Source: Waterburya sp.
Lineage (GTDB): Bacteria; Cyanobacteriota; Cyanobacteriia; Cyanobacteriales; Xenococcaceae
DNA: 64,000 nt
Direction: 5' to 3'
NCBI GenBank assembly: GCA_965217895.1
Contig: CBDCJV010000002.1
Location: 1,728,001 to 1,792,000 of the forward strand
The notes under the pieces were generated by a model. The model saw only the letters and a list, made by a program, of their open reading frames with translations, was not told where the DNA came from and searched no databases. This document shows, one piece after another, positions 51,731 through 64,000 of this stretch (position 1 is its first letter; every line of letters begins with the position of its first letter). Made by a program: the position numbers and the translations under genes.

Positions 51731-51842
51731 AGACTGGTAGGACATCCGTCCCTTCAAGACTGCATAAATCTAGAATTGTGCAGGTTGAGCCAAAATATTG
51801 AGATTACTAAATAAGTCCTTTAGTTGTTTGATAGATTGAATC

Positions 51843-54679
<2,837 letters not shown>

Positions 54680-54983
54680 TTTGATTGTTAGATGAGATCC
54701 AACAATCTTTTCTGCTCTATAGGTTATTACCTATTTGGACTTGTTTTTTTGTGAGTTTTTACACTCACTGCCTTAGTTCTATATTTTGGCTCTATCTCCA
54801 GCAAAATCTTTTTCTGTCTTTCGACATCCAAAGCTTTTGCTTTTTCTAGATATTATGCAGTTTTCAAGGTTCGCTTGCTAGAGTCTATAACTCCAGCATC
54901 CTCATCCTACCTTTTTGGCTGGTAGCTATGACAGTGCTGAATCTATTCTCTTTATTTTTAGCTCTTTTTCTCTTTTCGTTTTT

Positions 54984-55059
54984 TGGTGGAGATAAGCGGA
55001 CTCGAACCGCTGACATCCTGCTTGCAAAGCAGGCGCTCTACCAACTGAGCTATACCCCC
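54984..55059 (-). tRNA. tRNA-Ala (TGC)
   Basis: GGGGGTATAGCTCAG...TTGCA...CCA in the 16S-23S spacer. Confidence 0.97.
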
Positions 55060-55142
55060 TTTCATTTAACATTTATCAATTAACACTTATCATTCTCCAG
55101 CCATCGCTGTTTAATGTTCCATGTCAAATGTTCAATGTTTTA

Positions 55143-55219
<77 letters not shown>

Positions 55220-55381
55220 GCATTTTGGTTAGACTCATTTGACTGAGTTTAAACCAGAACACAATTAGTTTGACAGTTCTTGATATTTACCAATTTTTCG
55301 TTTTGTAGACCGACCTTTGGTTTGACCTGTGAAGCTCCAGACATAAATATCTGTCTTGGACTCACGGTTTTGGTCTCCCTA

Positions 55382-56875
<1,494 letters not shown>

Positions 56876-57094
56876 GAACATTTATTCATCAAGTTGATAC
56901 TTGATTTTCTGCTCTTTCTTTTTGTTATCCTTAATAATTGACTTGCAGATAAAATCTTAAAGTCACTAAATTTGGGGATGGAATTTAATGTTTTTAATCT
57001 AAAAAACTTGGTGTTCTAAAAACTGTCAAACTATTGCTTTGTCTAGGTTCTGGGCGTTGTTGACTGACTCATGTCTGTTAACCGCGCATTTACC

Positions 57095-57123
57095 AATATA
57101 GGTAATCTCAATCTCTCTGTCAA
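57095..57123 (-). promoter_or_regulatory. rRNA operon sigma70-type promoter
   Basis: TTGACA-17 bp-TATATT on the minus strand; boxA-like GAACCTAGACAA near 57039-57050. Confidence 0.8.
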
Positions 57124-57220
57124 CCCCTAATTTGAATTTTTTTTTAAATTATTTCTGTCTATCTTCTCAAAGACTGTCATGCTATGGTGTTTGGGCAGAT
57201 AAATAAAAAGTATTTTTCTT

Positions 57221-58099
57221 ATGTCTTTATCCTTTCAAGAAATTATTGCTACTTTGAACGGTTTTTGGAGCGATCGCGGTTGCATAATTGTTCAGCCTTA
57301 TGACACAGAAAAAGGGGCAGGAACAATGAGTCATCAAACTTTTCTACGGGCAATCGGTCCAGAACCTTGGTCTGTGGCATATACAGAACCTTGTCGTCGT
57401 CCAACTGATGGACGTTATGGTGAAAATCCCAATCGATTTCAACATTTTTATCAGTACCAAGTTTTAATTAAGCCATCTCCAGATAACATTCAGGACATTT
57501 ATTTGGAATCACTCAAAGCCTTAGGAATTCATCTAGAAGATCATGATGTTCGTTTTGTAGAAGATAATTGGGAATCTCCCACTCTGGGTGCTTGGGGTGT
57601 AGGTTGGGAAGTCTGGTTAGATGGTATGGAAGTCACTCAGTTTACTTATTTTCAGCAGTGCGGAGGAATTGACTGTAGCCCCGTATCGATCGAAATCACT
57701 TATGGTCTTGAGAGATTAGCAATGTATCTTCAGGATGTAGATGCATTTCCAAAAATAAGCTGGAACGATCGCCTTAGTTATGGAGACATTTTCCTACAAG
57801 CTGAAATTGAGCAGTGTACCTACAACTTTGAAGCCTCTGACCCTGACCTCCTGTTCAGTTTGTTTCGTCTTTATGAGCAAGAAGCTAAACAATTAATCGA
57901 GCGAGGTTTAGTTATTCCTAGTTTAGATTACGTTCTTAAGTGTTCTCACAGTTTCAATCTATTAGATGCTAGAGGAGTGATCGCCGTTACCGAAAGAACC
58001 CGTTATATAGGTAGAATTCGCAATATGGCTAGACAAGTTGCTCAGTTGTATTTAGATCAAAGAGAAAGCTTGGGTTTTCCTTTGCAAAAGATTGGTTAG
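57221..58099 (+). CDS. glyQ: Glycine-tRNA ligase alpha subunit
   Basis: [42 protein letters not shown]. Confidence 0.98.
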   Translation: MSLSFQEIIATLNGFWSDRGCIIVQPYDTEKGAGTMSHQTFLRAIGPEPWSVAYTEPCRRPTDGRYGENPNRFQHFYQYQVLIKPSPDNIQDIYLESLKALGIHLEDHDVRFVEDNWESPTLGAWGVGWEVWLDGMEVTQFTYFQQCGGIDCSPVSIEITYGLERLAMYLQDVDAFPKISWNDRLSYGDIFLQAEIEQCTYNFEASDPDLLFSLFRLYEQEAKQLIERGLVIPSLDYVLKCSHSFNLLDARGVIAVTERTRYIGRIRNMARQVAQLYLDQRESLGFPLQKIG

Positions 58100-58144
58100 T
58101 ATCTAGCTTCTTTTTATACTGTTTGTCGGTCATTTATTCAGAGC

Positions 58145-58160
58145 TTATTGAGAATTTATA
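58145..58160. promoter_or_regulatory. Putative Fur box upstream of futA
   Basis: TTATTGAGAATTTATA resembles the cyanobacterial Fur consensus and precedes an iron-uptake gene. Confidence 0.6.
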
Positions 58161-58227
58161 GCAAAAGCTGTATGATGAGAAGTCTAAAAATACTCTCTTT
58201 TCTGAAAATATAGCTTTATAAATTCGT

Positions 58228-59301
58228 ATGAATAATCAAGTAAGTAGGTTTTCTAGGCGTTTTTTTTTAGGTGCTAGTACAGCAGCGATAGTTGTTGCCT
58301 GTAGCCAAACCAAGCCTAAACAGCCTCAAAACGAAACCAAAGCAGAAAAAACGCCAAAACAAGCTGGACAGGTAAATATTTACTCTGCCCGTCACTACAA
58401 TACTGACGATCAGCTATATGACGGTTTTACCAAGAAGACGGGTATCAAAGTCAACTTAATTGAAGGTAAAGATGATGAACTGATTGAAAGAATCAAAAGC
58501 GAAGGTGCAAATAGTCCCGCAGACATTTTAATGACCGTTGATGGAGGTAGGTTGTGGCGTGCTGAACAGGCTGGTGTCTTTGCCCCAGTAAATTCAGATG
58601 TTTTGAATCAAAAAATTCCTGCTAATTTACGCGATCCCAATAATCTTTGGTTTGCTTTTAGTAAACGGGCGCGGGTAATTATGTATAACAAAGATAAAGT
58701 AAAACCTACAGATTTAGCTACTTATGAAGATTTAGCCGATCCTAAATGGAAGGGGAAAATTTTGATGCGTTCTTCTAGTAATGTTTATAACCAGTCTTTA
58801 GTCGCAGGCATGATTGAAGAAAAAGGGGAAAAAGCAACATCAGAATGGATCGAGGGATTAGTAGCTAATTTTGCTCGTCCTCCCCAAAGTACTGACACAG
58901 GAAATATTGAGGCGGTAGCTGCGGGACTTGGAGATATTACTCTTGCCAATACTTATTATTTAGCTAGATACGAAGATAAGCCAGAAATATTTGAGAAAAT
59001 TGGCGTGATATTTCCTAATCAAAAGGATCGAGGAACCCATGTCAATATTAGTGGTGCGGGATTATTAAAAAATGCTCCAAACAAGGAAAATGCGATCGCT
59101 TTTCTAGAATATCTTGCCAGCCCTGAAGCTCAAGAATTTTTTGCGGTAAAAAATAATGAGTATCCTGTGGTAGAAGGAACACCGCTCAAGGAAGTAATAA
59201 AAAGCTTTGGGGACTTTAAGGACAATACTACTAATGTGGCTGCATACGGCAAAAATAATTCTACTGCTGTTAAGATTATGGATCGCTCAGGATGGAAGTA
59301 A
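58228..59301 (+). CDS. futA: Fe(III) ABC transporter substrate-binding protein (FutA/IdiA)
   Basis: Tat motif SRRFFL, lipobox VVAC, YSARHY, NTYY, HVNISG. Confidence 0.92.
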   Translation: MNNQVSRFSRRFFLGASTAAIVVACSQTKPKQPQNETKAEKTPKQAGQVNIYSARHYNTDDQLYDGFTKKTGIKVNLIEGKDDELIERIKSEGANSPADILMTVDGGRLWRAEQAGVFAPVNSDVLNQKIPANLRDPNNLWFAFSKRARVIMYNKDKVKPTDLATYEDLADPKWKGKILMRSSSNVYNQSLVAGMIEEKGEKATSEWIEGLVANFARPPQSTDTGNIEAVAAGLGDITLANTYYLARYEDKPEIFEKIGVIFPNQKDRGTHVNISGAGLLKNAPNKENAIAFLEYLASPEAQEFFAVKNNEYPVVEGTPLKEVIKSFGDFKDNTTNVAAYGKNNSTAVKIMDRSGWK

Positions 59302-59321
59302 TCTAATAGCTAGGTAAACAA

Positions 59322-61145
59322 ATGAAACAATTTCTTGGTCTGGCAGCTATGGCTATTGTTTTGCTGGCAGGTGGTATATTAGCTACCCCTTTATCTGCCC
59401 AGGTGAAATCGCCATCGTCTTTATTCATTGTTTATCCACCACCAGAACATCAAACTGTCGCCGAGAAAATGTTTTTTATTGGTACAGCACCTCGGCAGGA
59501 TCGAGTTTTCATCAACGATAAACTAATCAAAAATCGTAGTGATGCAGGACATTTTGCTCCTACTCTTCCTTTGAAAATGGGAGAAAATATTTTTAAAATT
59601 CGCGATCGCGATCGCGAAATAGAAGTTAAAGTTACTCGTATTAATAGCCAACCAGAAATCCCCCCAGGATTAGCTTTTGCCAATGATTCTTTAGTACCAG
59701 GAGTGAATATTGCTCGTTTGGTAGATGAACCAATCTGTTTTAGTGCAGTTGCGACCCCAAATGCCAATGTATCGGTACAGCTAGGTAAGAGTAAGATTAT
59801 GCTTTTACCTCAAGTAAATTCTGTTGAGTTGCCACCAAATTCTGCGGTGTTAACAGAAGCAAATGAACCTGAACAAAATCTAAATATTGGCAAATATGCA
59901 GGATGCACTACGTTGAATTATCCGTTCAATTATGGTAAGCCCATTTTTGAATTAGAACAAGATAATAAGCAGGTAACTCGCCAAGGTGGAGGAGAAATTA
60001 CAATTTTTTCTCCCCAAGACATTAAAGTAGTGGAAGTTATTGCTGATGAGGGAGTTGCTAGGACAGGGGCAAGCAGTGATTATTCTCGTTTAACTCCTTT
60101 ACCTAAAGGAACACGAGCCAGAGTAACAGGCAAAGAAGGAGAATGGTTTCGGTTAGATTATGGTGGCTGGATTGAAGAGTCGGAAACAAAGCCCGTGTTG
60201 GGTAACATACCGCCTCTATCTTTGATTCGAGGCATTACTTCTAGACAAGTAGATTCGGCAACTGAAATTGTTTTTCCTTTGCAAGTGCCTGTGCCAGTAG
60301 AGGTTAAACAAAAAGAAGATAGTATTACTCTTATCTTGCACAACACTACTGCCCAAACTGATACTATTCGTCTAGATGCTGACCCTATAATTAAACGTCT
60401 TGACTGGCAACAAGTATCCCCAACTCAGCTTGATTATACTTTTGAACTTCACACGCAGCAGCAGTGGGGTTATGACTTGCGTTATGAAGGGTCAAGCTTG
60501 ATATTCTCGATACGTCATTCTCCGATTGCTGGCTTAATGTTGCCTGAAGATGGTCAGATTAATAAAGCTATCAAAACCAATTCAGAAAGATTAGACAATA
60601 TTAAAATACTTTTAGATCCTGGACACGGAGGTAAAGAATCTGGTTCAAAAGGTCCTACAGGCTATCCTGAAAAAGACATTACCTTATTAATGTCCAAATT
60701 AGTAGAAGAAGAGCTAACCAAACTAGGTGCCATGGTTTATGTGACTAGGGATAAAAATATTGACGTTTCTCTAGAAGAAAGAGTAGCGATGATTGATAAA
60801 ATAAAACCCGATTTAGCCTTATCGATTCACTACAACGCTTTGCCAGATGGTGGAGATGCCGAGAAAACAAAAGGAATAAGTAGCTATTGGTACAATACCC
60901 AAGCTCATGCTCCTGCAATGTTTTTACAAAATTATTTAGTCACCAATTTAAATCGTTCTAACTATGGCACTTTTTGGAATAACCTCGCTCTGACTCGTCC
61001 TTATACTGCACCCTCAATTTTGTTAGAGTTGGGTTTTATGATTAACCCTGAAGAATTTGAATGGATTACAAACAGTAAAGAACAGCAAAAATTAGCTAGA
61101 GCCCTTGCTCAAGGAATTAGAGAATGGTTTGCGACGGTGGAATAA
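59322..61145 (+). CDS. N-acetylmuramoyl-L-alanine amidase (Amidase_3) with SH3-like region
   Basis: Signal peptide; LDPGHGG, SIHYNA, LLELGF. Confidence 0.92.
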   Translation: MKQFLGLAAMAIVLLAGGILATPLSAQVKSPSSLFIVYPPPEHQTVAEKMFFIGTAPRQDRVFINDKLIKNRSDAGHFAPTLPLKMGENIFKIRDRDREIEVKVTRINSQPEIPPGLAFANDSLVPGVNIARLVDEPICFSAVATPNANVSVQLGKSKIMLLPQVNSVELPPNSAVLTEANEPEQNLNIGKYAGCTTLNYPFNYGKPIFELEQDNKQVTRQGGGEITIFSPQDIKVVEVIADEGVARTGASSDYSRLTPLPKGTRARVTGKEGEWFRLDYGGWIEESETKPVLGNIPPLSLIRGITSRQVDSATEIVFPLQVPVPVEVKQKEDSITLILHNTTAQTDTIRLDADPIIKRLDWQQVSPTQLDYTFELHTQQQWGYDLRYEGSSLIFSIRHSPIAGLMLPEDGQINKAIKTNSERLDNIKILLDPGHGGKESGSKGPTGYPEKDITLLMSKLVEEELTKLGAMVYVTRDKNIDVSLEERVAMIDKIKPDLALSIHYNALPDGGDAEKTKGISSYWYNTQAHAPAMFLQNYLVTNLNRSNYGTFWNNLALTRPYTAPSILLELGFMINPEEFEWITNSKEQQKLARALAQGIREWFATVE

Positions 61146-61295
61146 TTTACTAATGTCAAATAGTACTGCCTCAACATCTCCATTTGATCAAATGAAAGCT
61201 TTTTGTTATCACTCGGGCAACTAAAGCGAAAAGTTATCACAAAAGATGGAGTCGCTTTTGGCAAAATAGTTGAATCAAGTCAGAAAAACTGTATT

Positions 61296-61413
61296 TATAG
61301 CAATACAAGGCTATGTTAGGACACTCCCTGCGGTGGGTACACCTTGGCTACTTATTACTTTTTACTTACGAGCAATTAAATTTTCTGTCCTAACTGATTA
61401 ACGTACTGCGATA
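61296..61413. mobile_element. TA-bounded MITE, inverted homolog of 40815-41032
   Basis: TATAGCAATAC...GTACTGCGATA with shared GTTAGGACA subterminal repeats. Confidence 0.85.
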
Positions 61414-61594
61414 CCATTAGCGATCGCAGCAATAAGTCATTGGTCAAATCAAAGAATCTATAAAGAAATATGTCAGTGATTTGAATATTTACTTGATAAA
61501 CTTTTCATCTTCTGGCATACTAATGGGTGGCAAGAACATAGCACAGCCATTTCGCTGTGTATCTTATCAGTTCCCCAGGGAAATTAGATGAAAT

Positions 61595-61666
61595 GCGGGT
61601 GTAACTCAGTGGTAGAGTGTCACCTTGCCAAGGTGAATGTCGCGCGTTCGAATCGCGTCACCCGCT
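61595..61666 (+). tRNA. tRNA-Gly (GCC)
   Basis: GCGGGTG acceptor stem, anticodon loop TTGCCAA, GTTCGAATC; CCA not encoded. Confidence 0.95.
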
Positions 61667-61797
61667 TCGCTCTATAAGTCGCTTAGCCTCATGGCTTCAG
61701 CGAATCTATCAATTGAGCTACCTATTTAAAAACAAATTAGGTTGTGTTCATCTTTATCGAGATTGAGGCTGAAATTACCTCCACGCAGCGGTATTAA

Positions 61798-62556
61798 TTA
61801 GTTCCATTCTTGTTCTTGCTCAGTCTTTAGCTGAATTAGTTTTTGCTCGATCTTTTGCCAATTGCTTGCGGTGCTTGAAATATCTAACTCTAGCTTGCCT
61901 GCATTTAAGTAAAGAAGGCGATCGCAAAAATTTTTAATTAAGCCTAACTGATGATTAACTATAATTATGGTTAGGTTTTGACTTTGGTTCAACTCTGCTA
62001 AAACACTTAAAAGATGATTTGCCGTACCTATGTCTAAAGCTGATGTCGGTTCGTCCAAGAGTAATACCTGGGGCTGCATTACCAGAGCGCGAGCGATCGC
62101 AACTAATTGTCTTTGTCCTAAAGAAAGCTGTAACTCGTTTCTATCTAGCCATTGAGTCGGTATACGCAGTAAATTTGTCCAGGTATCTAGTCTTCGGCGA
62201 ATTTCTGACTCTGGTAATTCCTGTAGCCGTAAGGGATAGCTTAGGGCATCTGCTACTTTCATTCCTAACAACTTAGGTTCTTGAGAAACCAAGACGATTA
62301 AACGACGCAGTTGAATTATTCCTAATTGTTTGACTGGTAAATCATTAAGATAAATTTCTCCCTGGCTTGGTGAAATCAAACGATTAAGCAGTCTTAATAA
62401 AGATGTTTTGCCTGCACCAGATGCCCCAACCACAGCTACCTTTGCACCTGAGGAAATATCAAAAGAGATGTCCTGTAATAAATAACTAGATCCCAAAGAA
62501 GCTTGAAGGCTAACCTGTTCCAAACGCAGAATTGATGGAAGATTGCGATCGCTCAT
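61798..62556 (-). CDS. ABC transporter ATP-binding protein
   Basis: GASGAGKT, LSLGQRQ, LLLDEPT. Confidence 0.93.
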   Translation of the reverse strand: MSDRNLPSILRLEQVSLQASLGSSYLLQDISFDISSGAKVAVVGASGAGKTSLLRLLNRLISPSQGEIYLNDLPVKQLGIIQLRRLIVLVSQEPKLLGMKVADALSYPLRLQELPESEIRRRLDTWTNLLRIPTQWLDRNELQLSLGQRQLVAIARALVMQPQVLLLDEPTSALDIGTANHLLSVLAELNQSQNLTIIIVNHQLGLIKNFCDRLLYLNAGKLELDISSTASNWQKIEQKLIQLKTEQEQEWN

Positions 62557-62729
62557 ACGCTAGTAGTTTGGGACAATATGCTTACTATAAAATGCGCTGT
62601 AAAGAATGTGCCTTAGATTTCGTACCAGTCAATTTTGTGTATGCTCAAGGGTTTAATTTAAGGACACTCGCCAATCTCCAGAATAATCTAACATCTTAGA
62701 GTAAAATCTAACTGACTTATTATTATTGC

Positions 62730-63530
62730 TTGAGGAGTAAAGATTTGAAGCTTCTAAAACTTGCTAATTGGCTATCTAAAGGGGATTTAGAGCGATATAA
62801 ACAACAAGCCCAGCAAGCCCAGCAAGCTCAACAAGAGCAATCAAAGCTGCAATACTTAGAGTCTGAGCTAAAAAGCCTCAGTGCAAAGCTTCAGCAAACT
62901 CAAAAACAATTAAGGCAAACTCAAGCTCAACTTCAGATCAACCAAGGTTTTCAAATTGAGTTAGGAGAAACTCAGCTAAGATTACAAAAAGTTGATGGCG
63001 AAGCAAAACTCTATAAAAAAGCGTTATTTGAACAACAGAAACAGTTTAACCTCACTCAGTCTCAATTGGAACATACACAGCAAGCCTTAGCTAAGTCCCA
63101 AAATTGGCTAGAGCTATTGAAAACACCGATTCAAATTGTTGAAATACAAAAAACTCTTCCCAAACAAAATTTTGATACCCTCTGGGGATTTGGAATTATT
63201 ACCCCCCAGCCTCAATCTCTGTCCATCGCTGGGGCAATATTAGTCAAAGGTTGGGTTTTGGGCAAAAAATCGATTGCCAAAACTCTTAGAGTCATTTATC
63301 AGACGGATATTTTATTAGAAACTCCCGTTAAGCATTCTCGTCCGACAGTGATGCAAAGGTATCCAGATATTCCTACAGCTAATAGCAGCGGGTTTGAATT
63401 TTCTATTTCTGTGGCAGGAATACCAGAATCGGCAAAATTCAAGCTGGAAGCTCTTTTGGAGGACGAAACTATTGTTTCTCTATGTGATTTTATTCTAAAA
63501 TCTGCACAAATTGAATTAAATGACACATAA
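62730..63530 (+). CDS. Hypothetical coiled-coil protein with beta-rich C-terminal domain
   Basis: Gln-rich coil including (QQA)3; VKGWVL..RP..YP..SGF. Confidence 0.7.
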   Translation: MRSKDLKLLKLANWLSKGDLERYKQQAQQAQQAQQEQSKLQYLESELKSLSAKLQQTQKQLRQTQAQLQINQGFQIELGETQLRLQKVDGEAKLYKKALFEQQKQFNLTQSQLEHTQQALAKSQNWLELLKTPIQIVEIQKTLPKQNFDTLWGFGIITPQPQSLSIAGAILVKGWVLGKKSIAKTLRVIYQTDILLETPVKHSRPTVMQRYPDIPTANSSGFEFSISVAGIPESAKFKLEALLEDETIVSLCDFILKSAQIELNDT

Positions 63531-63660
63531 ACTTTTTCGGAAACTCAGTTAGACTAATAAAAATTAATCACCCCATAAACAGGATGATAATAACTATAAG
63601 GAAAATATAAAAAAATACCAAAACGTTTACAATAGAACTTGAGGTGTTCGGAGGAACAAA

Positions 63661-64000
63661 GTGTTTACAAGACTCGCACAACAGCATCGTCGATTTGTAC
63701 AGGATCTGGTAATGACTCTTCAAGCCCTGGCGATCGCTTTTGAGAATCAAGGTTACTTAGCATCCTGCTATACCTGTGGTGGTGAAATGAATAGTGCCTC
63801 TTTTATGGTCAGTTTAAAAGATGAACATCTAATTCGTTTTTTGGTTTCAGATTACGGAATTACCTGGACTGAAATGAGAGATGATCGCGAACTGATGAAG
63901 TTAGAAGGAGCCGAAGCGATTAATCAATTGCAAGATTTGGCAGATTTAATTAAATATCAAACCCAATCACCTAAATCTTCAGAGGTTAAATCAGATAAGC
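63661..64000 (+). CDS. DUF1815 family protein, runs off window end
   Basis: GGAGG RBS, GTG start, FTRLAQQHRRFVQDLVM..ASCYTCG..IRFLVSDYGITWTE. Confidence 0.8.
   Translation, partial: MFTRLAQQHRRFVQDLVMTLQALAIAFENQGYLASCYTCGGEMNSASFMVSLKDEHLIRFLVSDYGITWTEMRDDRELMKLEGAEAINQLQDLADLIKYQTQSPKSSEVKSDK

Noticed and set aside
61595..61800. tRNA-Gly as an integration site for an island or prophage
   Set aside because: No integrase and no duplicated tRNA 3' end in the window.

Overview
Chromosomal window from a cyanobacterium. Evidence: AT-rich DNA, very frequent HIP1 octamer GCGATCGC, heptamer tandem repeats (STRRs), phycobiliprotein-related genes and a cyanobacterial 16S; my unverified impression is Pleurocapsales-like. 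Housekeeping content includes desA, hisIE, putA, invertase, trmJ, dps, menH, coaX, bicA, folP, pgk, glyQ, futA, an amidase, a complete minus-strand rRNA operon with tRNA-Ile and tRNA-Ala, and tRNA-Gly. There is a chemosensory operon (PatA-like, double CheW, PilJ/NarX-type MCP, CheA-REC, two receiver-only CheB-like genes) and a two-GAF DXCF cyanobacteriochrome. Two mobile-DNA graveyards are present: about 4.4-8.3 kb (ISAs1, group II intron relic, IS630 relic) and about 49.0-51.6 kb (IS982, IS630, IS200/605 mini-element). The most striking signal is a set of tiny (about 20-70 bp) GC-rich hairpin elements inserted precisely, often in frame and nested inside one another, into dead transposases, MITEs and STRRs. 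Copies of a family keep their loops, linkers and ends but carry compensatory stem changes, which points to structure-selected micro-mobile elements whose mobilizing enzyme is not identifiable here. Three small genes absent from the ORF track were read by hand (DUF2256, Asr1405-like with an ATA start, DUF1815 partial), and dprA is frameshifted. No CRISPR array was seen. All family assignments come from motif recognition, not database searches.
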